From contig MCFH01000016.1 in the NCBI GenBank assembly GCA_002104945.1, positions 744,001 to 808,000 of the forward strand: a stretch of 64,000 bases of DNA, read 5' to 3'. This document shows positions 25,834 through 37,500 of the stretch, in pieces. The stretch comes from Piromyces finnis finn (Eukaryota; Fungi; Neocallimastigomycota). The notes under the pieces were generated by a model that searched no databases, was not told where the DNA came from, and saw nothing but the letters and a program-made list of their open reading frames with translations. The position numbers and the translations under genes were made by a program. Within the stretch, counting starts at the first letter, position 1. Every line of letters begins with the position of its first letter.

Positions 25834-26423
25834 AAGAGTTCAACTGGAAACGTCGAAGCTCCACAAAATGCTGTTATTGGTACTAAAGAATGTTTTCTCG
25901 CTCAACAACCAATTACTTTAGTTTTAAAAGAACATGTTGTTAGCAGTGATAGTTTCACAATCAAGGATTTACAAGGTGTATCACACTTCAAATGTAGAGG
26001 TAAAACCTTTTCTTTAAATGAAAAGAAATGCATTTATGATATTATGATATCAATAATAATTCAGTAATTGGTATGAAAAAAGAAGTTGCAGTAAAATTCA
26101 AGAAAATTCTGGTTGATCCAAAAAGTAAGCGTGAAATTGCTAGTATTACAAAATCTTCATTACTTTCATATAATCATTTAACTGTCAAGTTTTATAACAA
26201 AGCTACTTGCAAAAAAGAAATTATTACTATTAAGAATGATGCTATGGCTTCAACCTGTGGTATCTATTATCATGGTATTATGATTGGTAGAGTTACCAAG
26301 AAATATGATGCTAAAACACTTTTTACTAATAGAAATTCCTATATGCTTAAAATTGCACCAAATGTTGATATGGCATTGATGGTAGCACTAGCTATTGCTT
26401 TTGATGAGTTTAAACATGATTGA
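25834..26423 (+). pseudogene. LURP-like copy 10, disrupted (AAG at the expected ATG; 8-bp duplication frameshift)
   Basis: The frame from 25837 reads SSTGNVEAPQNAVIGTKECFLAQQPITLVLKEH..., collinear with copy 11. TTATGATA is tandemly duplicated at 26034-26041/26042-26049 and shifts the frame. ORF 26073..26423 is the 3' half. Confidence 0.85.
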
Positions 26424-27455
26424 ACCAAAAATTAAATGTTTTTATTTAATAATAATAATGATAATGATAATAGGAATTAAATTATTATAATTTTTATATC
26501 CATCGGTATTATTTATTATTTATTCTAAAAAAAAAAATAACGTCTTAAAACTAAAAATCTGTTAATTATATATTATTTTTTCTTTAATAATCAAAAATAA
26601 ATAATATTTACTTAAAAATTAAAAAAGTTTTATCACAATATAAAAAAAACTTATTGAAATGTTATTAATGTAAAAAATAAAATAATAGTTTAATATGAAA
26701 TGTTAAAAATAGATGTTATATTTTTTAACAAAAAACTAAATAAAAGATAAAAAATCACATTTTATATAACTTATTGAAATACTATTAACTAGATTAAAAA
26801 TAAAAATAAAATAGATTAACAAAATTTTTTATATTCAACGATAGGGTTAGATGATAATAACAATAATAATGTTTTAGAAATAATTAGTTGATTCTATTCT
26901 GTATTTTTTATATTTTCTAAATTAATTATAAAAAATAATATGAAACGAAGCAATATACTAAGAAAAAAAATATAATATTAATCAAGGGCAGTAAATTAAT
27001 AATATAATTTAATTTTATATCATTAATTAATTAAAAAATAGATTAATTATTGTTAAAAAAAAAAAAAAACTATATAAACACTAAAACTTTTCCATTATTT
27101 ATTTTCTTTGAAAAAAAAAAAAATTATTATAAAACTGTATAAATATTAAAGTATTTATATTATAAAAACAAACGTATTATTAATAAAAAATATTAATTAA
27201 ACATTATTATTGTTAAAAACAATATTTATTAAAAATAGCTTTTTTTTAATAAAAAAAAATAAATTTAAATAAACACACTAAACACAAGATTATTGTATTA
27301 GTTTCATTTTATTTTAACAAATTAAATTATTATTTATATAATAATAATAATAACTTCCTAGAAATATATATAAGATATTTAAATTACAAAGAAAACAAAA
27401 GAAAAAAAAATTTATTTTAAATAATTTTTAAAGATATCAAAAATAAATTAATAAA

Positions 27456-28061
27456 ATGGATTTTTTTACAAATATGTTATTTACTACCGGAAGCGTAAAG
27501 GCTCCAAGAAAAGCTGTTGTTGGTACTGAAGCACGTTTTCTCGCTCAACAACCAGTTACTTTGGTTTTAAAAGAACATGTTCTTAGTTATAGTGGGGATG
27601 ATTTCTCAATTAAAGATTTAAATGGTGTTTCCTACTTCCAATGTAAGGGTAAATATATTTCTTTACATGACAGAAAGTGCATTTATGATATCTATAATAA
27701 TCCAATTATTACCGTTAAAGAAAAAATTTCAATAAAATTCAAGCAAACACTTATTGATCCAAAAAGTAAACAAAAAATTGCTAATATAAAAAAGCCTTTA
27801 TTTTATCATAAAACTTTAATTGTCAAATTCTTTAATAAGACCACTAACAAAAAAGAAGTCATTACTGTTAGAAATGATTTAATGGCCTTATCCTCTGGTA
27901 TTTATTATGATAATGTTATGATTGGTAGAATTATCAAGAAATTTGATGTTAAGACTCTTTTCACAAATAAGGATTCCTATTTGCTTGAAATTGCACCAAA
28001 TGTTGATATGGCATTAATGGTTGCATTAGCTATTATTTTTGATGAATTTAAATATGATTGA
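27456..28061 (+). CDS. LURP-one-related/Tubby-C-like protein (copy 11)
   Basis: 201 aa. SYSGDDFSIKDLNGVSYFQCKG and YLLEIAPNVDMALMVALAIIFDE; lacks the KEKEGAP loop. Confidence 0.9.
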   Translation: MDFFTNMLFTTGSVKAPRKAVVGTEARFLAQQPVTLVLKEHVLSYSGDDFSIKDLNGVSYFQCKGKYISLHDRKCIYDIYNNPIITVKEKISIKFKQTLIDPKSKQKIANIKKPLFYHKTLIVKFFNKTTNKKEVITVRNDLMALSSGIYYDNVMIGRIIKKFDVKTLFTNKDSYLLEIAPNVDMALMVALAIIFDEFKYD

Positions 28062-28986
28062 ACCAAAAATTAATATTATTATTTAAAAAATATCAATGAA
28101 AATTAAATTATCTATATTTTAACATATCATAATATCATAATATCATAATTATCTATATTATTATCCGTCAAAATATTATTTATTATTTATCATAAAAAAT
28201 AGCATACTTAAAAAATCTATCAAATACATAGCAACATTTTAAATATATATTATTTTTTCTTTATTTATCGTCAAATATATATTTCTTATACCTATTTTAT
28301 TATTTTTTTTTTTTTTAAAAAAAAAAAGAAAATAATTCTTTTAAAAATAAAAAAAAAAAGTTATATCGTTCAATAAAAATAAGGAAATAAATAAATTCCA
28401 ATTAAAAACTTTTATAAAAAAAAAAAAAGTTATTAATATTGAAGTGTGTAAAATTATTTTATTTAATACTTGTTTAATATTCGTTGGTTATATTTTTGAA
28501 ATTATTTTATTATGTATTTTTTAATTATTGTAATTTAAGAGTTTGAAAATATCTAAAATTATAATAATATTTATAACATTATTAGTGGTGGTAGAGATGA
28601 TAATATGCATAATTCAATAATTGACAGTCAGGCATTTTATATTTTACCCCCCAAAATATATATATATATTTATTTTATTTACTTTTTATAAATACTTTTT
28701 AAATCCTATTATTAGTACTAATATTTTAAAAATAAAGATAACCATTTATTTTTATTCAATAAAAATGTTTTTAAAAAACAGGAGAATTGAAAAATGGATG
28801 ATTATCATTTCATATCACCTTCTAAAAGATACTGAAACAATACCTTATTGAAGCAAATTTAAAACTATCAATAATATGAAAAAGAATTTTCTAAATTAGC
28901 CTCCATTTACTAATTAAAATGTGTGACTACTTATTTATAAATATCATAGAAAAAAGAGTATATTTAAAATAATATTAAATCATATG

Positions 28987-29170
<184 letters not shown>

Positions 29171-29770
29171 AAAATTTTTAAATATTCTTAGTACAATAAA
29201 ATTTTGTTATTAAATATAATTATTTAATGACTTTTTTTTTTATTTCAATATATTATATATAATATAAAATTAATATTATACATACTTTGGTTATTAATTA
29301 AAAACCACAATTTGCTGAATTACTAATTAAAAAAATTAAAAAAACGAATTCTACTTTTCTTAATAATATAATATATTATAATACAATCATAATATATTTA
29401 ATAGCATCAATTTAATAAAAATTAAGTTTTTATTGAATTATTAATTGCTTATTGGCTAATAATTGACAGGTTCCCTAATGATTATGTTTTACATTTTAAA
29501 AAAAAAATATAAATAAAATAAAACACCATCAATTTTTTAATTTCTTTGAAAAAAAATAAAACTACTTTTTCAAAAATAAAGAATAAATTTTAACTATTTT
29601 TATTAAAAAAAAAAAAAAAGATAAATATTTAAAAAAAACATTACTTTATAATAGTATTCTTTTTTTATTTAATACTTAAAAAAAAAAAAAACAATACAAT
29701 TCAAGTTGAAAATTTTATAAATAACAACAACACCTAATATTTTTTTTAACAATATAAAAAATCTAAAAAA

Positions 29771-30343
29771 ATGAACTCCGAAATTAATGTTGTCAAGCCA
29801 GAAACAGTTATTTTAACCACTGAAGAACGCTACGTTAAAGATGAAATTACTGTTATGGTATTAAATGATGGAATTTCATTTAATTCTGGTTCTAGCTTTG
29901 TTATTAAAGATATTAATAAAGTGGAATATTTTAAATGTAAGGATAAATCTGTACTTTTTACTGATGGTAAAGTTCTCAAAGATATGAACAAAGTTCCAGT
30001 TATTGCTATTAAAGGAAATTCACATATTTATAATCCTAATAAAAATAAGAAAATTGCTAGTGTTTCCAAGAATGGCTTATTTTCTTCTTCTGTGGGCTAT
30101 GATGTATCTTTTCATAACAAAGCAACTCACAGTAATGAAAATCTTGTTATGAAATATGACAGTAAAAAAAAGGAATGTAATATTTTCTATGGTAAAAATG
30201 AAAAGGCTCCACTTGTGGCAAAAATCCAAAAAAAATCTTCTGTTATTGGAAAAGATAAATATCATCTTACAATTGCTCCAAAGGTTGATATAGCTTTCAT
30301 GTCTACGTTAGTTATTTCTTTTGATGCCTATAAACATGAATGA
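29771..30343 (+). CDS. LURP-one-related/Tubby-C-like protein (copy 12)
   Basis: 190 aa. FVIKDINKVEYFKCK, IFYGKNEKAPLVAKI and YHLTIAPKVDIAFMSTLVISFD. Confidence 0.85.
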   Translation: MNSEINVVKPETVILTTEERYVKDEITVMVLNDGISFNSGSSFVIKDINKVEYFKCKDKSVLFTDGKVLKDMNKVPVIAIKGNSHIYNPNKNKKIASVSKNGLFSSSVGYDVSFHNKATHSNENLVMKYDSKKKECNIFYGKNEKAPLVAKIQKKSSVIGKDKYHLTIAPKVDIAFMSTLVISFDAYKHE

Positions 30344-32975
30344 TTAGAAAAAAAAATAGATACAATTTAAGATTAAATGTAATATCAAATTATAAATATT
30401 ATGTGAATATGCCTATTATATATATTTATATATATTTTAAATTATTCATACTATACCACTTTTTACGAAATAGTACATAATTATTTTATTCTTATTATGC
30501 AGTTTATAGGATTACTATTTTTTTTTTTTTCATTTTATTATAACATATTTTCTATTATTATTTATTAATGATAACATTAATATAATAAAGTAAAATAAAA
30601 AATAATTAAAAAAAAAATAAAAAGGTTTTTTTTTTCCCTTTAATTTGAGTGTAATAAGTTGATGTAGGTTATTTTATTTATTATTATTATTTTTTTTTTA
30701 GAGGGTATGACAAATAAGTTATTTCAAAAAAAAAAAATTAAAAAAGATGATTCTGTACTTCAATATATTGTAATTAAAATTAACACGAATAACGGTAAAT
30801 TCATTAATTAAATGTACCATAATGGAAATAATAATATATATAAATTCATATTGTTTCATAATTTAATAAATCTATTTATATACTAAAAATAATATATATT
30901 AATAAAGGATACAATAATAATAAAATAATAAATGAATAGATATTTAAATTTTTACATAAAAAAATAATAATAAAAAACATTGATTTCTTTCTTTTTTATT
31001 TAATAATATAATGCTCTGATTTAGTAATATTCATCCTTTATTAATGCAATAAAGATGACAAACAACTTAATAATAATACTGAATATTGATATTTATATCA
31101 ATATGTGGTCATATCTTATATATATTTATTAATTATTAAAAACTATATGAATGTGGATAGTAGGATTTTTTTAATAATTAATAGAGGTTTTATGGATAAG
31201 ACGAATTTAAAATAAAAAAAATAAGTAGATCATAGCTATATAAAATATATTTAAAAATAATTTTAATGAAAAGTAAATAAAAGGTTTATTTCCTTTTATT
31301 CCACAAGATTTTTTTGTAAATAATATTTAAATTTTGATTCAATTTTTTTAATGGTTTTGTTATTATTTATTATTGTAAAATTATATTTCGACAATACATC
31401 TACTTTTATATATTCACATATTTAGTATATTTTAATCCTCATGACTTTATTCTTTGAATCTGGAAGAAGTATTTTATGATAATACCAAATACTATTCTGT
31501 TTATTACTTATTTGAAAGTGGACAAAAATAGCTTAATTTTTAAAAAGAAATTAATTATATTTTTGATGTGCATCATTGCCTATATTACATACATCACTAG
31601 TAAAAAAAATATAATATAAAAACACATGATATAAAACTTAAAAAAAATGTATAATATTTAAATTAACCCATCGTGGATGATGATTATTTGCTTATTTTTC
31701 AACAAAATTAAATTATGGAAACAAAATAGTCTATTTTATAGAGTGATAAATTTTTAATTTATTTTTTTTCCAAATATATTATTTATAGTATATTAATATA
31801 ATACTAAAAATCTAACACTATTATTCATTAATATATTATAAAATAAGAATTTTATAAATATAGTAATTAAATAGGAAAAAGATAAATATGGTTAAATTAA
31901 AAAGTTTTTATCCTCTATAAAAGAAAGTTAAAATATTACAATTTATTATTTATATGTGAATCTTTTAGGATCGTTAGATATTATGCCGCAATAAAATAGA
32001 AACTTGCAATCTTATTAATATATTTATGATATTATTGTATGAAATCATGAAAATAAGAAGATATAATGGATTTATAAGGAATATTAAATAAATATAATAA
32101 TTGATAATATCTATTTTTTAATAATATAAATATAATTCTTTTACTATATTACTATATTTTAAGCTATATATTAAAAGACTTATGAGATTTAATCATATTT
32201 TATATATATATTATTTAAATAATCGACATTATTGTAAGTTAATACATAATTAAATATATTTTATTAAAAATATATTTATTCATTATTAAATGGTTGGTTG
32301 AAATTTGTTTCCTTGTATTACAATAATGGACATACTATTTATTATATAATAAGGTTAAATCAATATAATAGTTAATTAATATTATATTAAATAAAGTTTT
32401 TCTAAATAGCCAATTATATTTTCAAAATTTAATTCATTTAATATTGTTAGAATATGTGAAACGTTATGTCACATGTATTCAAATGTATTGAAATGTATTA
32501 AAACGTATTTGTATATATTGTATTTAATTATATGTTTAAGCCACAATGTAAATGTATAAATACATGTAGTTTGAGAAGAATGTAACGCAAGTAGTTCTTT
32601 ATCATAAAATATATTAATAAAGTTGACATAATTATAAACCTAAATTAAACAACTCTTAATAAATATAAATCAAAATAATTAATTGTATATCTGATTATAC
32701 TTATTATATATAATATTAAATGTATTTATTAAGAACCTTTTTTTTATCTTGTATTTTTTTTGTGTAATACTAAACAAACAATATAATAATAAAAATATAT
32801 TAATTGAAGTTATAAATTAAAAATATATTAATATTATTTGATATAATGATGATAGATAATACATAATCATTATTGTAAATTAATTAAGTTTATTAGAATT
32901 GATAATATTCTTACATATATTATTAATATAAATAGGAAATATAAAAAAAAAGAAATAAATATTAATAAAATTTGA

Positions 32976-32999
32976 ATAATAATAATAATAATAATAATA

Positions 33000-33044
<45 letters not shown>

Positions 33045-33050
33045 TAATAA

Positions 33051-33123
<73 letters not shown>
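32976..33123. repeat. (AAT)n microsatellite
   Basis: Nearly perfect tract ending about 180 bp upstream of the CAT-like start codon. Confidence 0.95.
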
Positions 33124-33124
<1 letters not shown>

Positions 33125-33302
33125 GTAAATAAATTTTAATTATTAATAGAAAAATTTACCTAAATTAATTTAATAAATTTTTATTTATTTAATTCTTTTA
33201 TTAAAAAAATTAAGAGTTATTAGTGTAAAAATCTTTTGTAAAAAAAATATATATATAGAAATAAAATATATATATAAAAAAAAATAGATTTATAATAAAA
33301 AT

Positions 33303-33944
33303 ATGACTTCAGAATATAAAGAAAAGGTATTAGATGTAAAGGTAGAAAATCTCCCTTTTACCAACTTTTTAACATCTCGTTATTCAATGACAGTTAGAAT
33401 TCCAGCCCAGCAAACCTATGACTTTGCAAAAAGTGAAGGAATGTCATTTTTCAATCTAACAACAGCTTGTTTATTAAAAGCTATTAATGAAATACCTGAA
33501 TTTAAATATCGTATTAAAGACGGACATGTGGTTGAATATGAAAAGATAAATGCCATTTCTCCAATTATGCAACCAGATCATTCCATTTGTGAAATTGAAA
33601 TTAAACCTATCTCTGAATTTAATTCTATTAAGGAATGGAATAGTTATATTGAAAATAAAAAGAAAAATATTGAGGACAATCAATTTATAGTGGAACCCAG
33701 TCTTAGAGATGTTCTTCCAATAGCTAATTTTTCTTGCATTCCTTGGATTAATTTTGATTCTATGACTAATATTATTGCTGAACCAAATCAAATTATGCCT
33801 GTAGTTAGTTGGGGAAAATTTGTTGATGGAAAAATACCCATTTCCTTAACAGCTAGTCATATTTTTGTTTTTGGTTGGCAATTTAAACTTTTTTATGAGA
33901 AAGCTGAAGATTACTTGACTCATCCAGAAAAATTAATTAATTAA
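33303..33944 (+). CDS. Chloramphenicol acetyltransferase (CatA)-like O-acyltransferase, prokaryotic type
   Basis: 213 aa, intronless. LLKAINEIPEFKYRI, NFSCIPWINFDSM and PVVSWGKF are CAT-fold motifs. PISLTASHIFVFG aligns with the CAT motif PxSxQxHHAVxDG. Confidence 0.8.
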   Translation: MTSEYKEKVLDVKVENLPFTNFLTSRYSMTVRIPAQQTYDFAKSEGMSFFNLTTACLLKAINEIPEFKYRIKDGHVVEYEKINAISPIMQPDHSICEIEIKPISEFNSIKEWNSYIENKKKNIEDNQFIVEPSLRDVLPIANFSCIPWINFDSMTNIIAEPNQIMPVVSWGKFVDGKIPISLTASHIFVFGWQFKLFYEKAEDYLTHPEKLIN

Positions 33945-34351
33945 TCCTACACCTATTTTAACCTTTAAAAATTTTAAATTAAAATATATATATGTATTTT
34001 TTAATTATAAAATAATGTAAATTAATAAAAATGTTTATTGAAGAATCTATCACCAACTTTAAAATCTATACGACAACAGTTATAAAATATTCTATAACAT
34101 TTTGAATTTTAAAATTCCATATGTATAAATTTCCATGTTATTAAATTCATAATTTATAAAATAATAGATTCTTATAGGCGTTTATTTTTTATATACGCAC
34201 TATTATTTTAGTAAATATCCTAGACAGTCAATGATAATATTCAATACTATATCATATTTATATATATTATTTTGTTTAATTATTGTAAAATATATTTTTT
34301 ATTTATGGTCAAAATAAGCATAAAACCACACATACATTTTTAAAAAGTAAA

Positions 34352-34386
<35 letters not shown>

Positions 34387-34418
34387 TAGTAGTAATTCTA
34401 CCTATTTATATATATAAA

Positions 34419-34593
34419 TAGACCCTCTTGGGAACGTGCCTTCATTTATTTAATAAATGTAGTTTCTCAAGGGGGTCTACTCATGCTCATGGTACTGAGA
34501 GAGTAGGAAGAATTAAATCCAAGTATTGCGCAATGGATACTTGGTTAGTCTTTATTTGGAAATATTATTAGGACTAAGCTCATGGTACTGAGC
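34419..34593 (+). other. Multi-hairpin structured 5' leader of the LINE (candidate cis-acting RNA)
   Basis: Five consecutive stem-loops whose arms pair with G:U allowed, plus a 15-nt direct repeat GCTCATGGTACTGAG at 34485 and 34578. Confidence 0.6.
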
Positions 34594-37500
34594 GAACAGA
34601 GTTGATAATTTGAGTGTTAGTTGTTATATCATATATCCCTTACACCTTCAACTTATTTTCTAGATAGTAGTTGCTTTAACAACTTTTATAACATATTATT
34701 TTAAACTTAAAATTGTTTGATTCGGTAGTATTAAATACTGATTTTGAATATTTCTTGATTTCATTTTTATTTTAGCTTTCATCGATAATTTGTTATCCCA
34801 GTTTACTACTTATTCTCTTTGTTCTTTTATTCCTTTTTTATTCTTTATATGTTGATTAGTCAGATAGTTTTGTTTTTTCAGTTAGTTGGTTATTCCTTTC
34901 ATTTATTCTTGAGTTTCGTGTGGGGTGCAGCTTTCATTACTATAATCATATTTAATCTTTTATTTTTTCTATTTTTATTATTTTCGAGGGGCGCGGCTTT
35001 TTTATTTTTCCTTTATGATTTTATATGATTCTAGTAATATCTTTTTTTATTTCTTATTTTTTTGTAACTCTAGATTTTCCAAGGAATCTCTTTTCTACTA
35101 ACATTCTTTTGTATACTTTTTCTATCTCTTTTCTATATATATATATTTCTTATACTTTATATTATATGTATATTTATATATCTGTATAACTTAAGTAGGT
35201 TTATTATGGACTATTATGGTAAGTATTAACACCTTTTTTTCTTTAACATTTCTATTATCAAAGCTTCTATCCTGGAAAATCGAGTATTCTATTTTTATAT
35301 TGTAAATACTACTCTTGTTTCAATTTTATCTTTAAAAAAAAAAAAAAAAAATTTTATTATGTTTACCCAAAATTCTTCAACTTTTTTCCATTATTTTTGA
35401 TATAACAACTTTTCACTCTTATTATCTCTCTACCTTACAACATAAACAACCTATATGAATGTTCAATTTCAACAATCAGAATCAACACAATACAATTATC
35501 ATCCAATAAATTATACAATTCTTATTAATATAAAGAGCTTTCAAAATACAGTTATAATACAGAAATCCAAAGTGATAGATATTCAAAATTTATCTTTCCG
35601 TTTAAAGTCTTCAGTAGAGTTAGAACTAAGTTTGTCAACAACTTAGCCACTTTTCCAGTTATAAATTTAAAATATTGTTTGACAAATAATCCACTTGCTA
35701 TATATTATATCCGTCTTTACTATTATTATTTTTATTTTACTATATATTTTATTTCATTATCTTATTTATATCATTATATCAATACTTCAAACTATTAATA
35801 TCTATTGTCATAATAAGTTCTTTCAAAATGAACAATACCAATTGTACTGTACCTACCTTACGACGTGGTCTTCGTTTCTTCGGATCTAACTCCAATAAAT
35901 CATATCTAATTTTTATCCATGATCTTAGTTCATGGTCAAAACAACGACTAATGGAATTTCTTTTAAAGGACATTCAACCTTTCAATGATATTCTTCAATC
36001 CCTCACCAAAAAATATTCACAATCACTCGGTATCTATTTCATTCTTAAAGTCAATGGAAAATGTCCGCTTAAAGCCATGTTACTTATACACTCACTTTCT
36101 GAAAAACTCCCAATCTCTAGTAAAATATCTTGGAAATTCATTGATAAGCTCAAAAACAATAGATCATACAAAAACAAACGATCTATCAAATCTACTACTG
36201 GTCCACTCTCTGACGATTTCTATTTTAGTCATCTAAGCTCTAATGCTTCCTTTTTCAACTTATGTACTTGTTGGAACATCAATGGTTGGAACCCGGAGAA
36301 AAAGGACGGTGTTTTATACTTCATCTCTGTTTTCAAACCTGTATGTGTCTGTCTTCAAGAAGTAGGTAACAGCCAATTCCTCTGTGGTAATGCAATTTCC
36401 TCCCCATGCCTACCGAACTATAAACCAGTACACAGACGTGCTAATCCTAAAGTTCCAGGTATGAGAGGACTTTACATTGGTGTTCATAATTCTTGTTCCT
36501 TTACTCCTGAACCTCTTCTATATAAGTACATCATTTCAGTTACAATATTGTCATTTTGGAACCAGAGATGTACCATTGGTAATATTTACTTCCCGCAAAC
36601 TAGATGGCCGGATGCTAGATTAATTGCCTTTGATGAACTTGATAAGTGGTTAACAACGCATAATAAATTCAACCACCCAGCTATCCTTGTAGGAGACTTT
36701 AATATGTCAGCTATTAAAATCAAATCTTATATATCACAACACTTCCCGGATTGGACTATGGCTGAGTTAACTGGTAATAATTTTACCTGGGAAAAAGGAT
36801 CTAAATCTTCATGCATTGATCATATTATATACAACAAAGCTATGACAGAACACATAAACAAATCTTCAGTTTGTGAAGTTTTCCACGATGTTTCTGATCA
36901 CAAACCGATCCTTGTGTCTTGTAAAAAAGACTCTTCGGATGGTTTCAAAAAGCCTAAGAAGACCTTTAAGTGGTCAAGTCATATCTGTAACACAAAGTGT
37001 TCTGACATTCTTACTAGTAATCGCTTTGCTGTTCTAGCTTCCGAGCTTGAAGCTAATTGTGATAGCCTTTCGGCTGACGATATGGTTTCAAGATTTTTAG
37101 ATACTTCCAAAACTATAGGTAAAGAAATAAAAGCCATTGTGCCCGCAGATTTAAAAGGTCCAGCATTCCATTGCCCTCAATACATCAAAAACTTATCACA
37201 TGAAAAACACCTGGCTTACAAAAATATTAAGCCCCTTTCAGATTGCGCTGACATGGAAAATTATCTTAACCAGTTCTCCATATACCAAAATCTATGTAAT
37301 ACCATCAAAAAGGTTAAGAGCAAATTCAGATCCAATCTCTATAAAGCTAATATTGTTTCTATCGGTAAACATTTTATTGATAAAAGCTTTAGACAAGGTT
37401 GGAAAGGCCTTAAAAAACTTGCCAAACCAAGTTATTCGTCCTCCCATGTTTCAACTATTAAGGACAAGAATGGCAAGGATTTATTTACTCCTCAAGAACA

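Larger units (their letters stand above)
25074..28260 (+). repeat. Tandem segmental duplication (about 1.4-1.65 kb period) carrying copies 10 and 11
   Basis: Shared non-coding words: AAAACTAAAAATCT (25121/26547), AGGGTTAGATG (25199/26843), GCAGTAAAT, AAAACTTTTCCA, AAGATT-TTGTAT, and GATTGAACCAAAAATTAA spanning both stop codons. Confidence 0.8.

Noticed and set aside
34476-34600. Canonical hammerhead or HDV ribozyme call
   Set aside because: CTGAGAGA and CTGAGCGA do not match CUGANGA, and I could not build the HDV P1/P2/P3/P1.1 pseudoknot. Kept only as an unclassified structure.
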